64,000 nucleotides of DNA. Source: Verrucomicrobiaceae bacterium UBA7681 (GTDB lineage: Bacteria > Verrucomicrobiota > Verrucomicrobiia > Verrucomicrobiales > Verrucomicrobiaceae). Numbering within the stretch: position 1 is the stretch's first letter; each line of letters begins with the position of its first letter. The position numbers were made by a program, and so were the translations under genes. The DNA is taken from contig DLGZ01000025.1 of assembly GCA_002482965.1 (NCBI GenBank), positions 16,777 to 80,776 on the forward strand, written 5' to 3'. Below the pieces are notes generated by a model. It ran no database searches, was not told the DNA's origin, and was given only the letters and a program-made list of their open reading frames with translations. Shown piece after piece: positions 29,101 through 37,700 of the stretch.

Positions 29101-31385
29101 ACAGTGCCAAGAGAGTCAAAGACCAGCGAGGCGGTGCCACCGCTGCCGGGAGTGAGCTTGATGGTGCCGGAGCCGGTGGTGGGGGTGAGCACACCAAGGG
29201 TCTCGACGTTGTTGATGCTGGCCTGGCCGACAAACTCCAAGGTGCCACCGGCGTATTGGTTGACCTGATTGAAGACAATCGTGGAGGCGTCGGACACGAC
29301 CGTGGAAGCAGCGGCGTTGGCCTTGAGTTTCAAGATGCCATTGGTGATGGTGGTGGTGCCGGTGTACACGTTGGCACCTGCGAGAACCCAGGTGCCTGCG
29401 TCCACCTTGGTGAGATTGACGAGACCGCCTGCAGCGTTGTTGGGAATGACGCCATTGATGGTGTTCTGAGCGGTGTTGATACCGCCAAGAGTCAAAGTCT
29501 TCGCGTTGGAGGCGCTGCCGCCCGTGGCGGAAAAGTCCGAATTGAGAATCAGGCCGGGGCTGGTGCCGGTCTGATTGGCGAGGATGGTCGCACCGCCGGT
29601 GGTGCCAGCAAGATTGATGACCTTGCTGGTCGTCAAATTGGCTTGGAGGAGATTGTTGCCGACGACGCTCAGAATCGCTGCGGTACTGCCACTGCCGATG
29701 TTGATGGTGCCGGTGTTGTTGTTGATGGCACGCCAGTCGTTGACGGCAAGCGTGCCTCCGCTCACGCTCACGGTGCCATCGAGTGTGGAGGCTGTGCCGG
29801 TGATGGTGAGAGTTCCCGAGCCGGACTTGGTCAAGTTGTGCGCAAAACCGGCGGAGGCTCCATTGACGTTGCCATTGATCAGCGTGTTTCCATTGCCGCT
29901 GATGGTCATCGTTCTGTCGCCCGTGTTATCCGTATTGCTCCAGAAATTTCCGGTGAAGCTGAGCAGCGCGCCACCTTGGAGATTGTTCGTCATCGTCGTA
30001 TTCGAGTTGCCACCGTTGACCGGTGCGGTCGTGAAACTCATGCCGTAGCCATTGCGGCTGTTGAACGTCAGGACGATATTGTCCTCATACGACAAGTTGC
30101 CGAAAGCCACCGTCTGGTCCTTGACCGAACTGTTCGGTGTGTGATCCACATAAATGGTGCTGGCGGCACGAAAATAGACATTGGCATTCGTACCGTTCGA
30201 GACTTTCACATCCGGAGAATCCATGAGCACAGCGAGGACACCGCCATTCAAGTCCAGCACGGCGCTGGTGGTCCCGGCGGTGCGGGTGCCGAGGACACCG
30301 GGCGAGTCGATGCGTACGACGCTCTGACCGCTGGCGGCGCTGCCGCTCACGCGGATGGTGCCGGAAAAGCCGGACGAATCAGTGGGATTGAGGAAGAGGG
30401 TGCCACCGCCGCTGGCTTCTAGCGTTCCGGTGCCGGCGAGAACGCCGGTGATGTTATAAAAACTGGCGCCGGCCTGATTGGTGCCACCCAATGAACTGAT
30501 GGTCGTGGCGGCCGTGCCGAGCACGTTCAAAGTGCCGGTGAAACTGAGGGTGCCATCTGCAGCGATGATGCGGGTGCTGAGGTTGGTGGTGCCATAGGGA
30601 GCGCCCATGGTGACGGTGCCAGAGAGGGTGTTCACGCCGGTGCTGATCACCGCGCCGCTGCGGTCGGAGATGGGCCCCTGCCCCTGAAGCAAAAGATCGC
30701 GCGTGATCGTGATGCCGCCGCCAGTGCCGTCCAAAACCAACGAACCGCCGCCAAAGCCGCGCAAACTGGTGGAGCCGATCACCGGATTGAAGCCCGTGAC
30801 AACAATGGCCGACGAGTCGCTGCCCAGCGCGCTTTGATTGGTGATTATCAGCGCGCCATTGCTGATGGTGGTGGTGCCAGTGTAGGCGTTGGCAATGTTA
30901 CCAAGGCGAATCGTGCCGCCACCCAGCATGGTGAGACCTTCCGCCCCAAGAATCTGGCTGTTGATCGTGGCACTCACCCCCAAGGCTGCGCTCAAGGTGG
31001 GCGTGATTCCTGCGAAGGTGAGATCTCCGCCGGTGAGTGTGAACCCGGTGCGGAGGAAGGACAGTTGATTGGCGGTGATGCCGGAACTGAGCGTCACCGT
31101 GCTGAGTGTCGGCAGGAGAGTGATGGGTGCGCTGAAGATGGCGTTGTCTGAGCTGGTATTGGGCCACAGGCCGAGCGCAGAACCATCCCACCAGTTCGAG
31201 GTTGTCAGTTCCCACTCGCCCGTGCCGCCGAGGCCGGTGCCATTCACGTTGTTGCCAGCAGTACTGGCGTCGGAGTCCCAGTAAAAAGCAGCTGCTTTCG
31301 CAGACTCCAACTGACACAACAGCAGCGTGAAAACAAAAAGTCCGCACCATGCGGGGACGCTGAAAAGCTTACGAGTGGCCTTCAT
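17118..31385 (-). CDS. giant (4755 aa) secreted autotransporter-associated beta-strand repeat protein with PEP-CTERM sorting signal
   Basis: Uninterrupted 14.3-kb ORF. Start taken at ATG 31385 (MKATRKLFSVPAWCGLFVFTLLLCQLESAKA signal peptide), then an AAFYWDSD..W..W head box. Dozens of G.G.L.L.G.N.Y(T/S)G.T.I..G.L units. C-terminus VPEPSRILLLMLGLFSFLRRRRTVS. No beta-barrel domain. Confidence 0.95.
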   Translation of the reverse strand: MKATRKLFSVPAWCGLFVFTLLLCQLESAKAAAFYWDSDASTAGNNVNGTGLGGTGEWELTTSNWWDGSALGLWPNTSSDNAIFSAPITLLPTLSTVTLSSGITANQLSFLRTGFTLTGGDLTFAGITPTLSAALGVSATINSQILGAEGLTMLGGGTIRLGNIANAYTGTTTISNGALIITNQSALGSDSSAIVVTGFNPVIGSTSLRGFGGGSLVLDGTGGGITITRDLLLQGQGPISDRSGAVISTGVNTLSGTVTMGAPYGTTNLSTRIIAADGTLSFTGTLNVLGTAATTISSLGGTNQAGASFYNITGVLAGTGTLEASGGGTLFLNPTDSSGFSGTIRVSGSAASGQSVVRIDSPGVLGTRTAGTTSAVLDLNGGVLAVLMDSPDVKVSNGTNANVYFRAASTIYVDHTPNSSVKDQTVAFGNLSYEDNIVLTFNSRNGYGMSFTTAPVNGGNSNTTMTNNLQGGALLSFTGNFWSNTDNTGDRTMTISGNGNTLINGNVNGASAGFAHNLTKSGSGTLTITGTASTLDGTVSVSGGTLAVNDWRAINNNTGTINIGSGSTAAILSVVGNNLLQANLTTSKVINLAGTTGGATILANQTGTSPGLILNSDFSATGGSASNAKTLTLGGINTAQNTINGVIPNNAAGGLVNLTKVDAGTWVLAGANVYTGTTTITNGILKLKANAAASTVVSDASTIVFNQVNQYAGGTLEFVGQASINNVETLGVLTPTTGSGTIKLTPGSGGTASLVFDSLGTVGAGGTVNIVAPTSSDTVSFTTTSITNNIANAGLFYNGSDFAFVPGAGLALRAPDYASDADFATSATALTAGMSNEITGSFSNAAVTIDSLRINGAQALTMTGLLTIRTAAATNASGGIILTGGSGSISGTGVSTGGSGALVINVDGGANTLTLNAPITSTTTGGFTKVGEGTLVLAGVNAQTGTVNINEGTVQLSGTGRLAASNVSVSVRQGATIDLNGVTPSGSTNSWNNAGTLTNSSSIAVTFNVGGSNGTGTSFGTFTETNGVINILKTGTGAQSWLGLSNYTGVTTIASTGIVTVNNVANGGFESGFGAATSDAGNLVFTGTSTIQSYGGLSFAGTTNDFTDRLFTFNGSTNGGARIQANGVNGATLSFTNTGALAFGSAAAGKAQGLVLGGTSTGDNRFFPIINDNGAAVTSVYKADAGVWYLEATNGYSGVTEIRGGLLYADDGISLPTASNLVLNGGSLATTGAFTRTLGTGANQVQFSGAAAGGFSAGGASLTVDLGSNPIWGATAGFLDGGALLFNAISQTVGGLAKSDVTMLNGFEITKGTTISGLSLTTAAGSATVTVASGTTAGLTAGQTITGNAAIPVGATIANIISATQFTLTSGTGVLDSTGVSTNFSGDGYRQVNVGDFTTIGADFATISGVISGAGNLAKEGAGILNLRGDNTYTGQTLVRQGTLAVVTLGNSASGGSTSVGDATLGNTNAGAILLGNGGTTVGILEYIGLGETSDRYIRLNTTTGSNQIHADGVGALILTNVANDLVAGNKVLLLRGVNAAGNMITSQLSDNGGTLGIQVDSSAMWILTNGSNDYSGTTTFTAGSLGIGDDHAFGTGNLDWSNGTLFSYGADRTIDNVVRLVNNTTTAFAGDYSLTTTSVFQLLTSANNNGLNNNVVSGKSLTFAGATANLLTANRVFTVDGSGLTIIDGDFTTTTSFGIVLTKTGDGVLQLNGSSSNYNLNNASTDIDRGTLRMGADNAIASGAGFGSVLLTPELANADTATLDLNGTSQTINGLTANTDGTAAIDNTSSTAASLTVGANDSAVIYGGGVGTYSIQNSGGGALSITKTGSADATISNGVSLTYTGTTNVNGGSFTVGSSLNGTTGLSVTNASTLALTGGISAPLAVTSVIVDNGSTLNLLDGAGNQLNQLTLLSLGSSGGTMTTLRFNVGDGITPGDNANTDLLGLLAGGTLNLFAGNQITLNLSDTGLNASQTYSLISSADGGLITGPLGASDWILGLTPGGFSSITIHQTDNLISITTGTLITGTSYWRGLTDTTWNGNVNNWSQDKAGTIVALSTPGQGTDVIFQWDAASNAAVSTTLEQSVKINSLTFEAATNGANTPASVTIGSGVDPSFRLSIAPQVASDGITITTGGPATVNITAPVRLGSDQTWTVADAGSVLSIGSLLGEADVIKSGLGRVTLTNAADLTFNSTLTSDFNINAGTLEILDATALGSKINGNLATITVGSGGAFYYNGAANSAATGVANNLTLSGGTLSAGGNAGNNYYTGTVNVSANSFINMRGSNSAVLTATQGNVVLSGIVSGSGSLTVDSITTLSSGNQVTGTLYFQAENSSWSGGINLIRGTIQTQTVTGLGTGDITATMGRIQFVTAGGTTHNLGQNIAVDGSGGILELSADASGTPVSDMTVNLTGIITIGSATNANNALRISQASDNFSLINITNSIVLGNDASLTYQGSSVRSLLISAVISDGGMGYDLAINDELGAWGVTSRTVTLTGANTFSGDISLKEGTLEFNTVTNIGGAASSLGMGSAINILGTSSLRFMGDTSQSTDRLITISASPTLEASGTSGAIITYAGAITMATDNVLTLIGTGEGIISGGIAQPLGAASADLLVNSGIWTLRDNTVTIADDVIVTGVGTVLNLNTTGVLAAATPAGTSSGLYARTGAVINLNADDVNGAANSGGLDFIILGDSGGPESGVLNTNTFNITTLRLDVGQRSAILTGQIDGTGTVTVTNGDINLYDGIVNANLASTGSTALEKFGSGTVTLKGDNSGLGSTGSSILYEGTLVLDYTISNTTKLRTTSALEILGGNLVLTGNASAATSQTVASITLDGSATSDNSSASTITLTPGAGQEMVLNLGAITRTSTNRDGTIRFILPTGTQSATHGFTTTTVNGAQGLLGLSGFATVDDGTGVWFATNSGGNIIALVSTIENDVTTWAVGDHVTDDTTGFSGTLQGLSINSLRFDAVAGSDLNIASGGLLSIASGGILVTSNVGGTPSIQGGTLASGVTELIITQESAQTFTISSDIRINHAVTKSGTGTLLLTGNNVYTDETEILQGTLQVSGGNAIGDNSIVSLNAYLDTTLELLDDETIGRLSGGQRATNSDNGTVAVGTHTLTINEVSSTTYAGFFTGTGSIVKLSAGNLNLNNISTGFTGVFTVASGTLQLSGIGQINASIIRVSKNGALFIDNNSTTRSGTRILDTTAITLDSADGTLQGQTIVRGLSIRTDQDGTLDETVGVVTAASGASYVGMEATTSNDDSDIIASDIVRLNNSTLNIRGTNLGSTNARNNQFRIVTASDATFISSNLVGGGGLAGTKNISIVPWAVGEDIGSNALAATNMGNSLVTYVSGAGFRPLDFATEYNTYALAGTTDNVRESLSTDLTGLGGKTINALVFDNTATVALNVTGSGAGQTLGVTSGALLFTVTGAVTNIAYTTTLGGFDNGITVGSTNEYVFSVINPNSSNSLTTGSTTIGSSIVTVASTTGLLAGMPVFGAGIASGATVLSVTDATHFLMSLPSTLTASSQTYQYATLENLTASINSPLTSTADITKSGRGTLILSGVNTAGGGTMKTTLNEGVLEIASLDNIGGATGSLVFAGGTLRLGAGFSDDISLRSIIFLQGGATIDTNGNNLSLNQSVGSGVGDLTKTGAGNLILNAAATYTGATNIFGGTLIINADNATGVGGNLNIGAGATLDLVSYNITARLVSVFGDSPVILGSGSITASAGFYFGNTGDISVDTALAGAGGLLKTQTNTLTLTGLSTFAGPVEVQAGTLSFNSITSVGGGASALGSSATAQDGVIHVGLSTVATTLIYTGSGSISDRTIGMQGTTGALTLDSSGTGALVLGGVQFETAGNKTLTLRGLSDPLLDNTLGGLDEYGLGVLTLIKLDTNTWVISGPGSYSGATSINDGILRFTADQSLGGALNFGTANSTSTAGTLDLSTASATFAGNLLVQTNTAAETNQILIGAGETLTVGGTVTLGSGAANSTTLFTASGLGALSVINTTGTGVTFLVGNSNTNISTADFSALSTMDVSLNTTSGILQIGSTSGTNSTGYGTLILAQNTTITASALTVGGGGSYTGNLGQINALQLGTATNVINVDAVNIGTGGRDLGSITFFNSNGTVTIRAADGVSAAAFNMASINGVTGVGLPAGNRNTFDVTGHTADLLFGAVTIGTQATRTGPIENLFAFDTGTLTTGNLTMGSKTSSGNNTNVINLGGGIVAIGSGTGTAATLASNSNTGAVSSIINVTAGTVTIGSGSGQALIMGNSNTNGTGSTTTALNVSGGDVTLATTAVTMAIATTGTANASIGITGGTLTVQGDIVSGTGGGTRIASITLDGGLLDMTGRSIGASTNAIAFNAQSGTLKNLAELNGGTAFSKTTSGTLYMDGVNSYTGTTTVTAGTLQFLVETALYNNTPASWTDANIVVSSGATAAFNVGGTGEFTASDVDVIKSLGTPTGGFTDGSFIGLDTTNATGGSFTYDGVIADTNSGANSVGLKKLGANILVLNQTSTYSGTTTVAAGTLQVGDGASGALAGSGIVTVSIDGTLSGSGSIAGATVISSGAVLAPGVGATDTSNQTLTFTAAGTAVDVQNGGQIQLGLTSTSQVDASFDFSTDANTYLNTHGGATGTAYTTIWDQSGDYDSVRLTNGTFNLGTTAGGTIKVNNNSATLNAGNIFKLLDWTTVGTLDSLAGTGSFTTANLDLSSVSLDPGLSWDTSAFTTYGVIVVVPEPSRILLLMLGLFSFLRRRRTVS
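17121..17195 (-). other. PEP-CTERM sorting signal of the 4755-aa protein
   Basis: GTC CCC GAG CCC TCC (VPEPS) read on the minus strand at 17181-17195, followed by the hydrophobic LLLMLGLFSFL and RRRR. Confidence 0.9.
18270..19430 (-). repeat. C-terminal module shared with the 7614-aa paralogue (copy 1; boundaries approximate)
   Basis: Collinear protein matches: ADFSALS/ADFSSLS, NIGTGGRDLGSITF/NIGTGTRDFGSVTF, IRAADGVSAAAFNM/VRAADGVSRVAFNM, NTFDVTGHTADLLFGAVTIGTQ/NTFDVTGHNADLLFGAVAIGTQ, DGGLLDMTG/DGGTLDMTG, GTLKNLAELNGG/GTLKNLGELNGG. Confidence 0.8.
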
Positions 31386-31441
31386 GCACGTAATGAAATA
31401 GTTGGGATTGGTCTTTCCATGACGGCAGGATGCACCGCACA

Positions 31442-31560
31442 TATGATCAGACAGGTTGTGGTAGAGTGATCAGTCTGAGTGATCTGCATTCTTTGGAACA
31501 AGACCAAAGTGATCCTTAGAACAACTCTTGGCCTATGTCTTAGCCGCTAAGAATTTAGTC
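31442..31560 (-). promoter_or_regulatory. AT-rich putative promoter/operator region upstream of the 4755-aa gene
   Basis: Marked GC drop versus the flanks. Four TGATC motifs (GATC at 31445, 31468, 31481, 31511), three of them as AGTGATC. Perfect 15-bp palindrome TCTTAGC-C-GCTAAGA at 31538-31552. Nearby TTAGTCT/TTAGACT direct repeats. Confidence 0.45.
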
Positions 31561-31784
31561 TTTATGTTTAGACTTCTAATTTCTTTACTTTCCCCACTGA
31601 CTCATCATTCATCGCTGATTTTTTCAATCCGATGAAGGCACGCAACCACCCACGGTACGTCCCATTGACCCGAGCACAATGTTGCCTGTGCCCCCTTAAA
31701 GACAGGTGGCCACTATTTAGGCTGCGTCTGCAAAACGCCTTACTGTGCCTGCCGCAGTTTCAGGAGGCGCTGAGAGGAGGCCGT

Positions 31785-34700
31785 TCAGCGAACTGACCGG
31801 CGGCGGCGAACCATCAGTCCGAAAAGCCCCAGCATCAGGAAGAGCAAACGAGAGGGCTCCGGAACGACGACGATGATGCCATTGCTGGCAAAGAGATCGG
31901 AATTGAAAGACAGGCCGTCGCCAAGCACAATGCCGCCGTAGTCGAAGGTGGTTGATACAGGCATGGAGCCAGTGGCAGTCCAGTCGATGAGTTTGAAAAC
32001 ATCTCCATAAGCCGGAATGTAACCGTAAAGGAAAACAGAGTCTATTTTGAGGGTGCCGTCGATGACGGGAACTGCAGTTCCATTCACCATGATGTTGTCG
32101 TGCAGGGTGGTTCCGACGACATAATTGCTCCATGCGGAGGGCACACTGCCCACCAGCCCGGTGAGATTGCCATTGCTGCCCATCTGTGCCTGCACTGTCG
32201 AGGCGTCATTGGTGGTGGCACCACCGAGCTGCATCAGCAGAGTGCCGCCTGCACTGACGGTGAAATTACCACCGACGGTGAGCTGGCCCTCTGCCGCAAT
32301 GCCTGGAGCAATCGTGCTGCCAGCATGCACATTCAGGTCTCCACCCAACACGCCGGTGCCGCCCAGAATGCCATTGTTGACCTCCGTAGATCCGGTGTTG
32401 GTATTGACCGCCGTAAACAACAGGGTGCCGGCACCTTCCTTGGTGAGGGTCCCTTCGCCGGTGACGACACTGCTGACAGTCGCCGTGGTGCTGGCGGCTG
32501 TTTCAATGGTGCCACCTGAGGCTCCAACGGTGATGCCACGATTGCTGTTTTGAATGGCGAGGGTCGCGGTGGTCAACAGCGTTCCGCCATTCAGTGTGAG
32601 CTGGTCTGCGGTGGCTGCGCCTGGATTTGCACCGAGGTTTGATTCACTTGAAATGGAGAGCTTGCCCGCGCTGATGACGGTCTTGCCGGTGTAGGTGTTC
32701 GTGCCCGCAAGAACCAGCGTGCCGCCCGTAGTCTTGGTGAGGGTGCCGCCACCATTAAGCTCGCCGAGATTTTTCAAAGTGCCTGCGGCGGCCACAAAGG
32801 TGACGTTTTGTGCAGCGGAACCGATGTTGCTGCCGGTCATGTCGAGAGTTCCGCCATCGAGGTTCACTGTGGCAGAGGAGGTGCCAGCCCCGAGGGCTCG
32901 GACGATGTTGCCGTTTACCGTGGTGGTGCCGCCGGTCAGATTGAGGCTGGCAGTGGCTGTCGTGTTGGTAGCGGCGCTGGCCATTGTGATCGCGGTGCCA
33001 GCAGTCGCTCCAATGGAAACCGTACCGCCTGTGACATTGATGGTGGCAACAGCCTGGTTGGTTGCGGTGGCAGCCTGTCCCATCTGCAGAATGCCGCTGC
33101 CAATGGTCACCGTGCCGCCACCCAGATTGAGGGTGCTGCTGACCAGAGGGACGCCAGCCAGCGGCGTGCCCGTTTTGACGGACATCGTGAGGCTGGTCAT
33201 GTCGAGAGTGCCCGTGTCAAAGGAGAAGACGTTGGTCAGGGTGTCTCCACGAGTGGACTGCGTGCCGATGGCAACCGCACCGAACAGCAGGTCTGCATTG
33301 TGGCCTGTGACGTCGAAGGTGTTCTGCACACCCGTGGCGGTGGCCACACCCGTCCCGCCGCCGATGGCGCCCATGTTGAACGCCACACGGCTGACGCCGT
33401 CTGCGGCCCGCACGATGATGGTGCCGGAACCTGAATTGAAGGTGACGGATCCGAAGTCGCGCGTGCCGGTGCCGATGTTGAACACATCTGCATTGATGGC
33501 GTTGGTGCCAGAGCCGAGCTTGAGCTGATTGACCTGTCCCACGGAGCCTCCGTACTGACCACCGTCACCGACGGCAAAGGTCTTGGCTGTGATGGTGTTG
33601 TCGGTGGCCAATGTCAGCACCGAGTAGGCATTGGCGGTGTTGGCCGTGGAGTTGTTGCTGACCCTGAATGTGCCAGTGCTGGCATTCAAGAGGATGCTCA
33701 AGCTGCTCAAGCTGCTGAAATCAGCCGTCGCCAGATTGCCCTGACCGCTGGTTGTACCAACGTAGCCACCCACTGTGAAGAACCCGTTGGCAGTGGTATT
33801 GTTCACGGTCACGGTGCCACTGCCGCTGGTCGTGAAATTGGTGGTGGTGAGTGTGGCATTGCTGGAGCCAATGGTGACGTTGCCATTGATCGTCAGTGTC
33901 CGGCCGGAAGCTGTGAGAAGCTGGTTGGCCGTGACATTGTCGCTGGAGACTGAGAAATTGCCCACCGTCTGATTGAAGCCGGAGATATCCAGAGTGGCCG
34001 CAGCACCACCCGTAGCCAGGGTACCCAGCACAAACGCATTCGCGACCGGCAGCGTGTTGGTCGCTCCAATGACGAGAGTGCCTGCACCCGCCGTGGTGGT
34101 GCCGGTGTAGGTGCTGACGCCAGAGGCCGCACTGATGGTGGTGGTATTGGTGTTCGTGATCGTCAGGTTATTGGCGGTGGTGCCATTGCCGTTGGCGATG
34201 GCTCCGGTGATGGCGGTGGCTCCGGTGCCGGCAATCGTCAGCGTGCGTGCATTGGCGGTTTCCGGATTGATGTCGACGCTGGTGAAGGTCAGAGTTTTGC
34301 CAGCACCGATGTTGTTGGTGAGTGTTCTGGAGGCACCCGTCGAACCAGTGAGTTTGCCGTTGAAGGTCAGGTTCTCAGTGCCTGAGACCGTCACGGCGGT
34401 GAGCGTGATGGCATTGGCGATGCTGCGCGAAGCATTGAGCGCCTGAACGGTGCCTGCGGTGAAGGTGAGGAGGCCGCTGGCCAGGCCGCCGTTCGAGTTG
34501 CTGTTGAACTGGAGCATGCCGGTGGTCAGCGTGGTAGCTCCGGCGGAGCTGTTGCTGCCGGAAAACACGAGCGTGCCGGCGGCCGCATTCATTGTGGTGG
34601 TGCCGGTGTAAGTGTTGGCACCGCCAAGGGTGGTGATTCCCGTGTTGGTGATGGTGAGAGTACCTGCAAGACCAGAACCGTTGAAGTCGGCAATGTTGCC

Positions 34701-37700
34701 GCTCACGGTGGTGTTGCCGCTGCCGGCGATGGTCTGAGTGCCGGCTGTTCCCGAAACGTCAGAGAGGAACACATTGCCACCCAGAGTGAGCAGGTTGCCG
34801 CCAGTGATGCTGCTGGTCAAAGTTCTGGAGCCACTGACGAAGGTGAAGCTGCCATTCATGGTCAGACTTTGGGAACCGGAAACCGTGACCGCCGTCATCA
34901 ACACATTGCTGGTGATCGAGCGTGCGGCATTGAGCGCCTGCAATGTACCCGCCGTGAGTGTGAGAGTGCCGCTGCCAAGACCACTGCCGCCACCCAGGGC
35001 GGAACTGCTGTTGAACTGGATGGTGCCAGTGGTCAGCGTGGTGGCTCCGGCGCTGCTGTTGCTTCCGGAGAGCACCAGGAAGCCCGCAGCCGCGTTCATG
35101 GTAGTGAGGCCGGAATAAGTGTTCGCCCCGCTGAGAGTGGTGGTGCTGGTGTTGGTGATGATGAGCGCACCCGCAACGCCAGAGCCATTGAAGTTGGCGA
35201 TGTTGCCGCTGAGGGTGGTGAGTCCCGAACCCGCGATGGTCGCCGCACCTGCGACGGTGGCGGAGTCAGAGAGAAACACATTGCCGCCCAGGGTAAGCAG
35301 GTTGCCACCGGTGATGCTGCTGGTCAGCGTGCGGGCGCCGCTGACGAATGTGAAGTTGCCGTTGATGGTCAGACTCTGGGAACCTGAAACCGTGACAGCG
35401 GTCAACGTTACGGCGTTGGAGAGGGTGCGTGCGGCATTGATGGCCTGCAGAACGCCTGCCGTGAGAGTCAGTGTGCCGCTGGCAATGCCGCCGTTGGTCG
35501 CGCCCCCAAGCTGGATCGTACCGGCGGTCAAAGTTGTGCCGCCAGCGCCGCTGTTGCTGCCGTTGAAAATGATCGTGCCGCCGGAGGTGGTCTGGGAAGT
35601 GAGGCCGCCATAATTGTTGGCCCCGTTGAGTGTGAGGATGCCAGTGCCGGTGTAGTTGAGGCCGCTGGTCGTCGAGGTGCCGCCGTTGGTCACGGCACCA
35701 TTGATGATGATGTTGGCCACGTTGCCGGTGAGAACATCAACGCGATTTGCGGCATTGTTGCTGAGGGCATAGCTGCCGATGACCAAGCTGCTGCCGGCTC
35801 CGGCGGTAACCGTGATGGTGTTGACGGCGTTGGCCGTGTTGGTCAGGGCACCCAGAGACAGCATCCTGTTGGTGCCGCCCATGGTGATCGTCAAAGCTGA
35901 AGCACCCACATTGACCGCACCCGAACCGAAGTTGAGGTCGTTGCTGCCCGTGAAGATGAAGCTGCCGCCCAGAGTCATGTTGTTGTTCTGGACGAGAGTC
36001 AGGGCGGAACCGGTGACATTGTCGATGGTGCCGCCGCTGATGATGATGGTACCACCGGCGAGACCGCCGTTGTTGGCACTGGAGTTGTTCAAGAGCAGCG
36101 TGCCTGCCGTCAGCGTGGTGCCGCCGGTGGAGCTGCTGTTGGTGCCGGAGGTTTTGAGTGTGCCGGCGGCATTGTTCATCACCGTCAAACCACTGTAGCT
36201 GTTGTCGCCATTGAGTTCGAGGATCCCGGAGCCCACCTGTTGCAATCCACCGCTGCCGGAGACCGTGGCACCGAAGGTGACGTTGTCACTGCGATTGAAG
36301 GAGAGCGTGCCATTGTCAGTGATGGTGCTGCCATTGCTGAGACTGCCGGTGGTGCCGCCATTGCCAAGCTGGAGAGTGGCGCCCGAGTTGATCTGGGTGG
36401 CGCCAGAGTAGGTGTTCGCATTGGTCAATGTCGTGGTGCCGGAGGCGATGGTCAGCCCCGTCTTGAAGGTGCCTGAGCCCAACGCATCCTGAATGAGACC
36501 GCCGAAGGTCGAGGTGCCGTTGATGGTCAGGAATCCATCGCCCGTGGTGCTGCTGTTGCCAATGATCTGACTGCCTGCGACCGCGCCAGCTCCCTCGGCG
36601 AGTGAGCTGACGGTTTGACTGAAACCGTTGAGATCCAGCACACCGTTAGAACCGGTCGTTCCCAGTGAGATGGCTCCGGTGCCAAGCGCACCGTCAGCCC
36701 CCAGCATGATGGTGCCATTGAGCACGATGACACCCCCCGTGAAGGTGTTGGTGCTGGCCAGAACCAACGTGCCGCCACCGGTGACAACCACGGAAATGTT
36801 GCGTGAAGCACCGTTGCTGATGAGACCACCGAAAGTGCTCGATGTCGCGCTGCTGTAGGTCAGGACTGAATTGCTGGTGGCGCTGTTGTTGGTGATCGTC
36901 TGGTCCGAAGCCGTACCTGCGGTGGCCAAAGCGCTTACCGTGAGGTTGAATCCATTCAAGTCCAGGATGCCACTGGTGCCGCTGGCGCCAACGAGAACTG
37001 CGGAGCCCGTGGGAACTGCCGTGGCGCTACCGAGGGCCAGGACACCCTGTGCGACGGTGACACCGCCGCCGTAGGTGTTGGTTCCCGAGAGGGTTTTAAC
37101 CGCAGTGGGCGAGGACATGTTGATGAGCACCGAACCGGTGCCGCTGATATTTCCGGCAAAGGTCGAACTGTCGGAACGGTTGAAAGCCAGGACGCCATTA
37201 TCCAGAATGTCACCTGTGATGGAACCGGTGGTGCCACCATTGCCGATCTGCAGGGTGCCGCCGGTGATGGTCGTGGAGGAACCGGAACCGAAGTTGTTGG
37301 TGCCGGTGAGGATGGTGAAGCCTGCGATGTTTTCGAGCGTGCCAGAACCGGTGATGCTGCCGGACACGACCAGGCCGGTGCTGGTGGTGTTGAAGGTCAG
37401 CGCACCATTGTTAAGGATGTCCCCGGAGATGGAGCCGCCCGCACCGCCATTGCCCACGTTCAGTGTGTTGGCAGCGTCAATCGTGGTGCCACCCGTGCTG
37501 TCGAGAGTGCCTGTCAGAGTGAGTGCGCCGCCGCCGGTGACCAGCGTGGTGCCGGAGCCGGTGATGTTTCCGGTGTAGCTGTAAGCGTTGCTGCGATTGA
37601 AGACGAGTGCGGCATTGTTCGTAATACCGCCCGTGCCCACAATGGAACCCGTGGTGGAGCCATCACCGATGAGCAGTGTACCGCCACTGATGGTGGTGAG

